A stretch of DNA of 64,000 nucleotides from Candidatus Latescibacterota bacterium (GCA_963791045.1 CAWBQK010000015.1:229390-293389), one strand, 5' to 3'. Shown: positions 29,578 through 39,678, numbered from the stretch's first letter. Translations and numbers: made by a program. The notes: generated by a model from the sequence alone, not told the origin.

Positions 29578-32259
29578 TTACGGTTTCTTTGAATCGCCGG
29601 GTGGCGATTTTGAGCCCGGCTTATCGGTCACCCCGGGGATGCTCGCGTCCGTCTCGACATAGTCGTCGGGGGTCCTCTTGGGATCGATGATGGCTGAATC
29701 ACCAACCTTGAGATAATCGCCCCGGTGGTTTTTCTTCCACTCTTCCGCCGGCATCCTGCCATTTACCCAGATGGTGCTCATCGGGAATTCATGGGGCATG
29801 AACAAAACAAAGAACCAGTGCCAGATTATGATCGCGGAAACGGCAAGAATCGCTTCGTAGAAATGAACCACTTCGGCGACACGCACCACCCACGCGGGCA
29901 TGTAATTCGTCGCGATCGTCGGGAACCAGAGGATGAAGCCGGTGGCCACCATCACCCACGTTCCCCACACCAGCGCCCAGTACTCAGCCTTTTGCGTGTA
30001 GTCATAAGCATTGAATTGGGGCCGTTCTTTCTTGATCTTCAAGTAGAACATTACGTTCTGGATCGCCTGAACCATATCCGATCCGCGGGGAACCATCTCT
30101 TTGATGGCGATACGACCGCGTCGCGCGACAATCACCCAGACCATGTGGTAAATCGAAACGACGATCATAATGATGGCGAGCGCCCTGTGAATATTCATCC
30201 GGACGAATTCTTTACCACCGAGACCGACCAGCGGAACCCACCAACTGTCCGAGAACCTCAACGCAAAACCGGTTATAGCGAGACCAAAAAAGCTGACGAT
30301 CAACACGATGTGCTGAATCCGTTCCGCCGAACCCCATCTGACGATGAATGGCTCCGCGTTACGCTTCTTGAAATGTTTCCTCAACTCGTAGCGGGCGATC
30401 AGAAGGTTGTGCAACCCCATCCCACCCAGGACGAAGGCGATGAGAAATATATAAATGAGTTTTGCCCACTCATGATACCCGCGGGCGGCAAGCGCGCCGG
30501 CATGCGAGTAGCTCCGCGCGAATGTTGGATTCGACCCTTTGTGACACTGCCCGCACGTTTCGGTCACATTGTCGTGATGGATCGACGACATGGGATCCTG
30601 ATGTGCCCGGATATCGTGTGTGGTGTGACAGTCGGTACAACTCGCCACCAGTCCGTTGCCCTGATCAATCGCCCACCCGTGATAGGTATCGAGATAACTC
30701 TCGACAACCCCGCCGGGTAGTCCGTACTTGGCGATGAGCTCCGGCCTCGAGTGACAGTCACCGCAGAGCTGACGAGCGCGGTGATCGGCACTTATGCGCG
30801 CGTCGGGATCGTCATGCGCCCGGATGAGGTGCTCTGCGTGACACGATGTGCATGTGGGTGAATCGAGAATACCCATGGCAAGCGCTTTGCCGTGGACCGA
30901 CCCCTGATACTCCCCGGCGATCTCGTCGTGGCACTGCCCGCATGTCTTCGATATGTTGAACATGTTGATCATCGACTCGGGATCGTGCGCCGTCGTCAGG
31001 TCATGCGTTCCGTGACAGTCGGTGCAAACGGCAGTTTTCTTTCCCGCCTTCCACCCAACACCGTGGACCGATTTCAGATAATTCGGAAGACTTATCGGCA
31101 GTCGAACGTACTCGCTCGTCACCACCGCATCCGCCCCGTGACACGAACCGCACATATAGGGGATGTTTTTGTGGTTAATCACAGATAGCGTGTCCGAAGC
31201 GGCGAGGACCTGGTGTCCCTTGTGGCAGTCCGCGCAGGTCGCCGCTGCGTTGTCCCCGCGCAGCCTCCCCATCCGGTGAACGCTGCTCCGGTAAATCGCC
31301 TCCACATCTTCGTGACACGCGCCGCATCCCGCATCGAACCGTCCTATTTCTTCCTCGTCCTTGTGCGTGCTGTGACACGACAGGCAATTCATTACATCGA
31401 CCTCGAAGAGATCTTCGTGCACCGAGCCGACGAAGGCGGACATTTGATCCTCGTGACATGTCACGCAGGCGTCGCTCACCCTGGCCGACATATGCGGTTT
31501 GTGTGTTCCGTGAACGTCGTGACACGACGCACAGTTCATCACGTCGGCGATTTCTTCGCCGATCGTCGAGTGTCCACCTCTCCTCACATCCTCCATCGAT
31601 CCTTCGTGGCAGGACGTGCACATCGCGTTGACGGCGCCCGAAGAGGGCGGCAGACCCAGACCGTGCGGAAGGTGGCATGACACACATCCGGGGCTGTTCT
31701 TACCCTCGGCGGCGGCCAAGGCGTGAACTCCAGTGTCGTACGAGGCTGTCTCCTCCGCATGGCAGCGCCGGCACGCGTTTTCGGCGGTCCGGATCGCCAA
31801 TCCCTTTATTACGTGTGGATTTCCGTCATCGCCGTGACAGTCGGTGCATGCGGGAGCGCGAAGGTTCCCCCGCGCTCGAGCCTTGCCGTGGAATCCTTCG
31901 CCGAAACTCTTGACGGCATCCTCGTGACAGTCCGCGCATTCGACCCGCCTGTACTTGTCCCAATGCGGCACGTCTTCGAAATCGCCCGGCGCGGAGTGGC
32001 AACCGGTACAGCCGTGATCCGCGTGGACGCTCGTCTTGAACAGCTCGAACGGCACCATCATCCGTCGGCCGTCCTCTGCCTCCAAATCGGAATCCTCATG
32101 ACAGGCCATGCACGATTCGTCGTCTGTTTGAGCGACCGACATACCAATGGTCGCCAGGAGAAGAATCGCGGCAAGCAACCAAACAATATGTGAATATCTT
32201 CTCAAGACCGGAGAAAATTTAACCCCGGCCCACGGGGGATTCATGTTCATTTTGCACAC
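29578..32259 (-). CDS. Second 19-heme cytochrome c fused to an FdnI-type cytochrome b (CbcL-like)
   Basis: Signal peptide, 19 CxxCH, then ERIQH, NIHR, YDYTQKAEYW, VVHFYEAILA, IWHWF; exact start uncertain. Confidence 0.88.
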   Translation of the reverse strand: MCKMNMNPPWAGVKFSPVLRRYSHIVWLLAAILLLATIGMSVAQTDDESCMACHEDSDLEAEDGRRMMVPFELFKTSVHADHGCTGCHSAPGDFEDVPHWDKYRRVECADCHEDAVKSFGEGFHGKARARGNLRAPACTDCHGDDGNPHVIKGLAIRTAENACRRCHAEETASYDTGVHALAAAEGKNSPGCVSCHLPHGLGLPPSSGAVNAMCTSCHEGSMEDVRRGGHSTIGEEIADVMNCASCHDVHGTHKPHMSARVSDACVTCHEDQMSAFVGSVHEDLFEVDVMNCLSCHSTHKDEEEIGRFDAGCGACHEDVEAIYRSSVHRMGRLRGDNAAATCADCHKGHQVLAASDTLSVINHKNIPYMCGSCHGADAVVTSEYVRLPISLPNYLKSVHGVGWKAGKKTAVCTDCHGTHDLTTAHDPESMINMFNISKTCGQCHDEIAGEYQGSVHGKALAMGILDSPTCTSCHAEHLIRAHDDPDARISADHRARQLCGDCHSRPELIAKYGLPGGVVESYLDTYHGWAIDQGNGLVASCTDCHTTHDIRAHQDPMSSIHHDNVTETCGQCHKGSNPTFARSYSHAGALAARGYHEWAKLIYIFLIAFVLGGMGLHNLLIARYELRKHFKKRNAEPFIVRWGSAERIQHIVLIVSFFGLAITGFALRFSDSWWVPLVGLGGKEFVRMNIHRALAIIMIVVSIYHMVWVIVARRGRIAIKEMVPRGSDMVQAIQNVMFYLKIKKERPQFNAYDYTQKAEYWALVWGTWVMVATGFILWFPTIATNYMPAWVVRVAEVVHFYEAILAVSAIIIWHWFFVLFMPHEFPMSTIWVNGRMPAEEWKKNHRGDYLKVGDSAIIDPKRTPDDYVETDASIPGVTDKPGSKSPPGDSKKP

Positions 32260-32304
32260 CGTAAGTATGGGATTAACAACAGGCGACCGCGTCTTTGCTA
32301 CTGC

Positions 32305-32334
32305 ATCTTAATCAATACCTGCCTCCCGTGTCAA
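32305..32334 (-). promoter_or_regulatory. Putative sigma70 promoter for the 19-heme gene
   Basis: Minus strand TTGACA-18 bp-TAAGAT. Confidence 0.5.
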
Positions 32335-32600
32335 CTTCACACGATACGACAAAAGACGGGGGACACCGCGCGATTCGCCGCGGCGTTGGTTCTTTTTGTT
32401 TTGAATCGTTTGCAACTCGTGCATTGAAAATCGATTTAGGTGTCCCTAAACTCGCGCGCACTTACAACAAAGCGCTGTGTCGGCACCTTCCTATTTTTTT
32501 GTCGGACAAGACAACAGGTATATAGCTGACAAGAGTTTGTCTCGCCTAATCGTTTTGTTCACACTCATCGTCGCAAGTTACACGCCATTCATCTCCGAAT

Positions 32601-32645
32601 AAAAAGAAGACCGGGATCCCTACAACGGTCCCGGTCTTCTTTTTT
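32601..32645. terminator. Rho-independent terminator with U tracts on both strands
   Basis: AAAAAGAAGACCGGGA...TCCCGGTCTTCTTTTTT. Confidence 0.85.
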
Positions 32646-32716
32646 GGTTCGCACTGGTTTTCTTGGATGCGTCAAACGTTCATATCAGAATCTTCGAAAG
32701 TGGGGTCTCTTGGCCA

Positions 32717-33433
32717 TTAGTCCTGGTAAAGCGCCTTGACGGCACCCCACGTCGTCTCCTGAGTGGGGACGGTGCAGTTGCCGAGGACTCGCAGGGCGAT
32801 CTCGGTCACGCTTCCCCATCCACCGCGGGTCCTTGTTCCGGTGCCGCAGGCATCATCCATGAAGATTGGAAATTCGCCGGGCAACGGACCGACCAGGTCG
32901 GTGTCGCCGAAGAACGCTGTGTTGTTGATGGTGTATTCAAAACAGTCACCGAAATTGTCGAACTGACCTGTGGTGGTCACGTTCGACCGGATCCCAAGTA
33001 CGTCGCCGTTTACATATAGATAAGTAGTGGTAACCGTGAAGATGTCGATAACACCTGTATAGTCTTCGCTGCCGTCGCCCCAGGGGCCGTCCTTCGACAT
33101 CCAGAAGAGACCGCCGGTGTATTCGGTGCGGTAGGTGACCTCTCCGGTATTGTTCGAATCACGCGTGTCGGAAACGAGCGAAGGCGAAAAAGCGATCGAT
33201 GCGCAGTAGAGTTTCCATTCGGTCCCGAGTCCGAAGGCGGGATCATAGGACAGCGCGTTAATCGTGTTGCCGACCTGGCCGTGGCTTCCGGGATCGACCC
33301 AGGATTCGCTGAACCGGCCGGTGAGCATCTGGCCGCCCATATCGTCGGACAGATAGACGCCATTCTGCGGGGGGCCCGCCAGTGCGGGGACTGCGACCGC
33401 CATTATCGCAATAATCATTAAAAAAGCTTTCAT
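32717..33433 (-). CDS. Secreted hypothetical protein with a C-terminal TWGxxKALY motif
   Basis: Signal peptide MKAFLMIIAIMAVAVPALA; ends VPTQETTWGAVKALYQD; GAGGAG RBS. Confidence 0.85.
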   Translation of the reverse strand: MKAFLMIIAIMAVAVPALAGPPQNGVYLSDDMGGQMLTGRFSESWVDPGSHGQVGNTINALSYDPAFGLGTEWKLYCASIAFSPSLVSDTRDSNNTGEVTYRTEYTGGLFWMSKDGPWGDGSEDYTGVIDIFTVTTTYLYVNGDVLGIRSNVTTTGQFDNFGDCFEYTINNTAFFGDTDLVGPLPGEFPIFMDDACGTGTRTRGGWGSVTEIALRVLGNCTVPTQETTWGAVKALYQD

Positions 33434-33554
33434 TTGCAGATCTCCTCTTCCGTTTTGATGCTTGCCCTAAGGATGTTTTTTCTGAGTGTACGTGCTCGTT
33501 CTTGTCTTTTCGTGTGTGGAAATCTCATGCGATCTCCCTGATGTCATATGTTTA

Positions 33555-33580
33555 GAGACATGAAAACGGCGGGTGGTTCC
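33555..33580 (-). promoter_or_regulatory. ECF (sigmaE-type) promoter upstream of the TWGxxKALY gene
   Basis: Minus strand GGAAC-16 bp-GTCTC. Confidence 0.55.
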
Positions 33581-33706
33581 CGGAAAACTCTGAAAAAACC
33601 AGGCACAGCCAGCGATTTTCCAGGGAAAAAGGAAACGGTCTTCGCACAAGAACGCAACTCATTCCATATCAATTTGTTATGGATATTCGAAACAAGAGCC
33701 GGGGGA

Positions 33707-34507
33707 TCAAGAAGTCTTGAATTCGCTGAGGATCAGCTCGCGAGCCTTTTCCGGGAGGGATCCATCGGTCATTTCGCGGCATATGTTCAGACTAATATCG
33801 AGGCTGTCAAACATCGACCTGCACCGGTGGCAATCATGGTCTTCGGGGAGCTTGAACGGCCGGCCCTGGTCCAGCGCGTCCATTTTGGCTTTGAACATGA
33901 CCATACAGACATGGACGGTAAAATCGGGTGGTCCAATCTTCTTCTTTGGGAGACTCTTTTTGAGCTGTTTGGCGAGATGAAGTCTGCCGCGGTACACACG
34001 GGTTTTGACCGTTGCTTCCTTGATCCCAAGCATACCGGCGACCTCGGCCATAGAAAAGTCGCCCAAATCTTTTAACACCAACGCCATACGAAATGGGAGC
34101 GGCATCGTCGCCAGCGCCTCTTCGACGGCGCTCCCCGCCTCCTGGCGTAAAATGTTTTCGAGCGGGCAATCGTTCGGTGATGGCACATCGATGAATCCCT
34201 CTTCGTCCGAGGGCAGCAAGTCGTGAAAGGACTCGATATGAGACGGCGCGCCGGCACGCCTATGTTTGAGGCGCTTGCACGTCCTCGCGGCGATCGTAAA
34301 AAGCCAGGTCGACGGCGCGGAGAGCCCTTTGAATTGCCCCCAATTCTTGAAAGCGCGAAGAAAGGTCTCCTGGACGAGGTCTTCCGCATCCTCTCGGGTG
34401 CCGCATATACGAAGACCCAGACCATAGATACGGTCTCCGTAACTATCGAAGAGTTGAGGAATCGCCGTCTGGGCGGGTTCTTTTGCTGCGTCTGCAAAGC
34501 TGTCCAT
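33707..34507 (-). CDS. ECF sigma-70 factor with a Cys/His-rich C-terminal extension
   Basis: Region 2 DAEDLVQETFLRAF...STWLFTIA; region 4 AEVAGMLGIKEATVKTRVYRGR; tail HVC...HDCHRC...IC. Confidence 0.9.
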   Translation of the reverse strand: MDSFADAAKEPAQTAIPQLFDSYGDRIYGLGLRICGTREDAEDLVQETFLRAFKNWGQFKGLSAPSTWLFTIAARTCKRLKHRRAGAPSHIESFHDLLPSDEEGFIDVPSPNDCPLENILRQEAGSAVEEALATMPLPFRMALVLKDLGDFSMAEVAGMLGIKEATVKTRVYRGRLHLAKQLKKSLPKKKIGPPDFTVHVCMVMFKAKMDALDQGRPFKLPEDHDCHRCRSMFDSLDISLNICREMTDGSLPEKARELILSEFKTS

Positions 34508-34598
34508 TGTTCGTATATTCTAATGAGAAAATGAAACGAGATCAAGAGGCGAGTCGGATCGAGTCACGATAATGCTTTCACCGCACATCGATGAAACA

Positions 34599-36893
34599 TC
34601 AACCGATAACTTTTTTGATCACCGATTTGACACGGCCTTCGTAACGCCGGACGATCATCACCGGCGTCCGCGAATACCTGGCCACTTTTTCCGGGATTTC
34701 GCCAAAGAGCACACTCGAAAAAACACCTTCTTTCGACGCGCCCAGAACGATCATATCGAACTCGGACGCCGCTTTGACCAGGGCCGAGGCAATTTTCTTT
34801 CCTTCGACAAGGCGGCGTTCGACTCTACCTTCCAACCCGGTGAGATGGATCGTCTTGTCGATCCATTCGAGAGCCATTTCCTTTTCCGCGGCAGTCGTGT
34901 CTTCGCCGATCACGTAACAGCACGACACGGTGGTCCCGTATTCTTTCTGGAGTGCCGACACATACTCGGCGGCAAGCGACGCGTGCGGGCCGCCCGCCGT
35001 CGGGATAAGCACCTGGTCCAACGATACCTCGCCCTGAAGCTTCACCGTAATGAGATCACACGGCGCGAGCCGGACGACTTTGTCGGTCACCTCACCCATA
35101 ATCCGGTCGCGTGTCGTTGTATACCCCTTCCAGCCCATGAGAATGAGCGACACCCGCTCCTCTTCCGCCGCCCTCAAGATGCCATCGTAAATCCTGTGTG
35201 CGATTCGAATCGCAGGCCGCGCGTGGACACCCTGTTCCTGCGCGTACTGGATGGCGTTTTTGAGAAGAGGCGTCTTGTGATGGACGAACCGCATCCCCTC
35301 GTGGATCGGAAGGTTCTGCGGCACATCGATCACCCCAAGAACAATGATCTCTCCCCCATTGGCTTTTGCAACTGGAATGGCAAGCTTCATCAAGGGAATC
35401 ACATGATCGGGATTGTGAAGGGGTATGAGCACCTTGAAACCCGTGCTCGTTTCGCTTTTTGTTTGCTGGACATCGATGACCTGGGGCATCTCCGCCGCGG
35501 TCGCTTTTTCAAAATATATAAAATAAATAAAGAGGCCCACGATCACCCAGCCGAGCGCGATGTACCATGCCCGCGCATCGAAGTTGAACTGATACACGGC
35601 GAGAAACAAGTTGAGAACGATTGCGACGATCGGCGTGATCGGGTAAAGCGGAACGCGAAAGCCCCCCTTCAACTCGGGAAACTTTCGCCTCAACGCGATG
35701 AGTGAAAAGTTGACCAGCGCAAACGTCAAAAGAAACATCACGCTGGCCGCAGAACCGATCACATGGATCGGGAAGAAGGCGGCGGCTAGCAGCATGATCA
35801 CTCCGGTAACACCAACGGCGATATGAGGGGTCCGCCTCAAGGGATGGATTGTCGAGAGCGATGTGGGTAGCATCTTGTCGCGGCTCATCGAGAACGCCAC
35901 GCGCGACGATGCGAGTATTGTCGCGTTTAGCGCCGAGAGAGTCGACAGCAGTCCGCCAAAAACGATTAGCGCGACACCATAAACCGGCATGAATGATCGG
36001 GCGGCTTTCACAATCGCCGTTTCTTGATACCGTCCAAGAAACTCCCAGGATGTACCCGACTCGGGGCGGATCGCTCCGAGACAAACAAAAATAATGAGCA
36101 GGTAGATTGTTACCGTCACGGCGAGCGAGAGCATCGTTGCCCTGGGGATAGTCTTTTCGGGCTGCTTGATCTCTTCGGCGACGGTCGCAATGAGATCGTA
36201 CCCCTCGAAGGCGATAAACGTGAGGCCCATCGCCAGTAACACCCCGGAAAACCCCATCGGCATAAAAGGTTTGAACCCGCTCAAAGACTCCGCCGGAGCT
36301 CCAAAGATAACCCTGAGCCCAAAGAGAATGAACACGGCGAGAATCACGATCTTGGCGACGGTGATCACGTTTTCAACTTTGCCGGTGAGCGCCGTCCCCC
36401 GCATGTTTATCACGATGAACGTCACGCCCACGAGAAACGTCATTAATATGATGGGGACGTGCTCGCCGAGCGCGTCAAACGCGAGGTTCGATAGTGTCGG
36501 GAAATAGCTCCCGATGAACTCCCAGAAATAGCTGCCGAAACCGAGCGCGTACAGGCTGCACGCCACGATGTACGAAAACCAGAGCATCCAGCCCGACGCG
36601 AAACCAACGGGGCCGGGGAATGCTTTCTTTATAAATGAATAACCGCCGCCGGACCGGGGGTAAGCCGACGCCAATTCAGCATAACTCATTGCGGTGAGAA
36701 GTGTTACGACACCGTTCAACGCAAAAGCCAGGATCGACGCCGGACCCGCCACACCCGCGGCAATCCCGGTCAGGACAAATATTCCGGCGCCAATCATCGC
36801 TCCGATCCCGATCATGCTCGCGTCGAAAAACCCCAAATCGCGCGCAAATGTGACCTCTGGGCCACCGTTCGAGTTTTTTGAATTCGTTGCCAT
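34599..36893 (-). CDS. APC-family amino acid permease fused to two universal stress protein domains
   Basis: GAMIGAGIF, YAELAS, FIAFEGY, ASSRVAFSM, RTPH; C-terminal USP pair (VLIPLHNP, LIPTAGGPHA, FGEIPEKVA, PVMIVR). Confidence 0.9.
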   Translation of the reverse strand: MATNSKNSNGGPEVTFARDLGFFDASMIGIGAMIGAGIFVLTGIAAGVAGPASILAFALNGVVTLLTAMSYAELASAYPRSGGGYSFIKKAFPGPVGFASGWMLWFSYIVACSLYALGFGSYFWEFIGSYFPTLSNLAFDALGEHVPIILMTFLVGVTFIVINMRGTALTGKVENVITVAKIVILAVFILFGLRVIFGAPAESLSGFKPFMPMGFSGVLLAMGLTFIAFEGYDLIATVAEEIKQPEKTIPRATMLSLAVTVTIYLLIIFVCLGAIRPESGTSWEFLGRYQETAIVKAARSFMPVYGVALIVFGGLLSTLSALNATILASSRVAFSMSRDKMLPTSLSTIHPLRRTPHIAVGVTGVIMLLAAAFFPIHVIGSAASVMFLLTFALVNFSLIALRRKFPELKGGFRVPLYPITPIVAIVLNLFLAVYQFNFDARAWYIALGWVIVGLFIYFIYFEKATAAEMPQVIDVQQTKSETSTGFKVLIPLHNPDHVIPLMKLAIPVAKANGGEIIVLGVIDVPQNLPIHEGMRFVHHKTPLLKNAIQYAQEQGVHARPAIRIAHRIYDGILRAAEEERVSLILMGWKGYTTTRDRIMGEVTDKVVRLAPCDLITVKLQGEVSLDQVLIPTAGGPHASLAAEYVSALQKEYGTTVSCCYVIGEDTTAAEKEMALEWIDKTIHLTGLEGRVERRLVEGKKIASALVKAASEFDMIVLGASKEGVFSSVLFGEIPEKVARYSRTPVMIVRRYEGRVKSVIKKVIG

Positions 36894-37064
36894 AACGAGG
36901 TATTTTAGACCCCGACCCCGCTAGACGCAATCAAATTGCCACACCCTCCGACGCACCTATTTTTGGGTCTGGGGCTTTTTTATCGTTTTTGTTACCAACC
37001 AATTGTATAATTGAGAGTAATTATAGGGTGAGGGTACAATTGACCTTTGATTAGAGGAGTACGC

Positions 37065-38021
37065 ATGAAAACGAGAAACACGTTGTGGTTATTTGCGTTA
37101 GCTTGCCTTTTGGCCTCGGGAGCCTTCGCCGCAACCGCTCCGCCGGCGGCCATTCTGTTGGGCTGCCAGGGAGATGTCACTATCGTCAAAAGCGGCGGGG
37201 AGCAGGTAAAGGCCTCATTCGGGATGGCGCTCGATCCGGGCGACGAGGTTCGAACGGGCAAGGACGCGACGGCGGAGATACACTTCGACAACGGCCAATG
37301 GGTGCAGATCGGACCCAACAGCAGCACCCAGGTGCATGGATCGAAAGCCCAGGCGGCATCAAATGGCGTGTCGATGGGAGAGAAGAGCTTCGAGGTCGTT
37401 CAGAATTTCCTCAAGCTCAAGGACTCGGAAGGGACGAGTTCGCTGGCGAGACTCCGCTCGGGCGACAAGCACTCCGAACTTCGAGCCGAGTCACCCATGC
37501 AAACCAAGGTTATGGAGTCAGTGCCGACCTTCAAATGGACCGCGTCGGATCCATCCCAGGAACTCCTTCTCACGCTGTACAATGACGAGGGCGTGTTGTG
37601 GAAGCACGAGGTCGAAACGGGCACATCGAGTGTGACCTATCCTGGTGACGCCCCGGAGCTTTCTCCCGATGTCACTTATTCGTGGGTCCTCGAGACGACC
37701 GACCCGCTGGTCTTCCCCCCTCTTCGCAGCGAGGCCGCCTTCTTCGAGGTGCTTTCCGTAGAGGAGAAGAAGACCGTCGAATCATCGCTCGGTGAGATTG
37801 TTGCGGACGACAAGCCGAGTAAAATAACTTATCATCTGGTTCGAGCCAGTCTATTCTATGGCAATAATCTTATGGAGGATGCGATCGCCGAGATGAAAAT
37901 GGCGATTGAACTCGAACCGGACAACTCGGACCTTCACGCGATCCTCGCCCGCCTCTACGCCGAGACCGGGCGGACGCAGGACGCCGTCAAGGAGTACGAC
38001 CGGGTTCTTGAGGGGCGCTAG
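37065..38021 (+). CDS. Secreted FecR-like / DUF928-like / TPR protein
   Basis: Signal peptide; FecR-like GDEVRTGKDATAEIHFDNGQWVQIGPNS; PTFKW...YSW and RASLFYGNNLMEDAI resemble DUF928; C-terminal TPR; ATG 37065 with GAGGAG. Confidence 0.75.
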   Translation: MKTRNTLWLFALACLLASGAFAATAPPAAILLGCQGDVTIVKSGGEQVKASFGMALDPGDEVRTGKDATAEIHFDNGQWVQIGPNSSTQVHGSKAQAASNGVSMGEKSFEVVQNFLKLKDSEGTSSLARLRSGDKHSELRAESPMQTKVMESVPTFKWTASDPSQELLLTLYNDEGVLWKHEVETGTSSVTYPGDAPELSPDVTYSWVLETTDPLVFPPLRSEAAFFEVLSVEEKKTVESSLGEIVADDKPSKITYHLVRASLFYGNNLMEDAIAEMKMAIELEPDNSDLHAILARLYAETGRTQDAVKEYDRVLEGR

Positions 38022-38059
38022 TCTCGGATCTCGCGCCCTCGTCCTGAAGTTCCTGATCT

Positions 38060-39678
38060 ATGGAAAGAAAAACCATCGCGGGGTACACGATCGACTCAAC
38101 CCTTGGTGAAGGGGGGATGGGGGTCGTGTACCGCGCGGTGGACCCCACGCTCGACCGGCCCCTGGCGATCAAAGTCATCAAACGCAAGAATTTAAGCGCG
38201 ACGGCGAAGGAGAGATTTCTCCGAGAAGCCCGCGCGAGTTCCGCCTCAACCATCCAAATATTGTCACCGTCTACGCCGCCGGCGAAGAAGACGGCCATCC
38301 CTATCTCGCGATGGAATATGTCGAGGGGCGGACGCTCCGCGACGTCATAGACGAGGGTCCGATCGCGTGGGACCAGGCGACGCTTTGGATCGCCAACATT
38401 CTCGACGCGCTCGCAAGGCTCCACGAGAACGGGATCATCCACCGCGATCTCAAACCCGAAAACATAATGGTGACGGGCGACGGCGTGGTGAAATTGATGG
38501 ACTTCGGTATCGCGCACATGGCGGCGGGCGACACGTTGACCCAGGAAGGCACGACCCTCGGAACGGTTTACTATATGTCGCCCGAACAGGCGGCGGGCAA
38601 AAAGGCCGACGCGCGCAGCGACATCTTTTCGATCGCCGCGGTTCTCTACCAGATGCTCACCGCCGAGTTTCCCTTCGAGGGTGAACACCCCATGTCGGTG
38701 ATGTATTCGATCTCAAACGGATCGCCAAAACCGCTTTCCGAATATGAAATCGAATTCCCCGAAGGTCTGCAGGGTGTACTCGACACAGCGCTCGAGAAAA
38801 AGAAGGAAGACAGGTACGAGGATTCAGCGGGGTTCCGCGATGCCTTGATCTCGCTTCGCGAGATCGAACTCGGCACCGCCGCATATCCGGTCGTTCCCGT
38901 AAGCCGAAAAGCTCGGATCGCCCAGATCGGGATACCGGTGGCGGTCGTTGCCATCGCCGCGGTTCTGGTGGTGCTCTTCGGCCTTCGCGGGCGGGGCCCC
39001 AAGGTCAACCGGGATCTTGCCGTCCAGCACAACGAGCTCGGCCAAAGCGCTCAGGAAAAGGGCAACATCGACGGCGCCAAGGATCACTATCGCCAATCAA
39101 CTCTCGCCGACCCCACCTATAAGATACCGTGGAACAATCTTGGAATCATCGAGATGAGCGAAGGAAACCTCACCGAAGCCGACTCGCTTTTCCGCAGGGC
39201 CGTCGCAATCGACACGGCGTATTCGGCCGCGCTCTACAACCTGGCCACCGTTCGCTGGGACCTCCAGGACCTCGACGGAGCGGAGAATTATTACGGACTC
39301 TCCCTCGCCGCGGACTCATCGCTTCTCGGCGGTTACAACAACCTCGGCGCGCTCCTCCTCGAACTGGACCGTCCGGATGACGCGCGCGACGTACTGGACC
39401 GCGGGTTGTCTCGGTATCCGGATCAACCATACCTCATGAAAAACCGAGGCGTAGCCGCATTCGATCTCGGAGAGGATGAAAGCGCAATCGATTTCTGGAC
39501 ACGCGCCATCGAAAAAGACCCAGCCCTCATCGATGCCCACAAGCTTTCAGCCCAATGGTACGAACGCCATGGTGACACCGCGAAAGCAATCGATCACTGG
39601 AAGACGGTCGCCGAATCAACTTCCGGCGAAGAACGGCAGACCGCGGAAACGGCGTTGGAACGACTCGGGGCAAAATAA
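38060..39678 (+). CDS. Membrane Ser/Thr protein kinase with extracytoplasmic TPR repeats (one base missing near 38245)
   Basis: LGEGGMGVVY, AIKVI, ERFLREARA in ORF 38060; adding one C restores ALNHPNIVTVY and joins HRDLKPEN, DFG, GTVYYMSPEQ, a TM helix and TPRs. Confidence 0.88.

Noticed and set aside
21588-32259. Periodic TGCCAC/TGTCAC-type repeats
   Set aside because: They encode recurring CxxCH heme motifs, not a DNA repeat or CRISPR array
24476-35705. Long ORFs 24476-25531, 27877-28926, 29725-30720 and 34572-35705
   Set aside because: Fully antisense to well-supported genes; Arg/His-rich composition typical of shadow frames
38230-38260. Programmed frameshifting in the kinase or the other split genes
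   Set aside because: No slippery heptamer is evident; the indels fall inside conserved motifs and are better explained as errors
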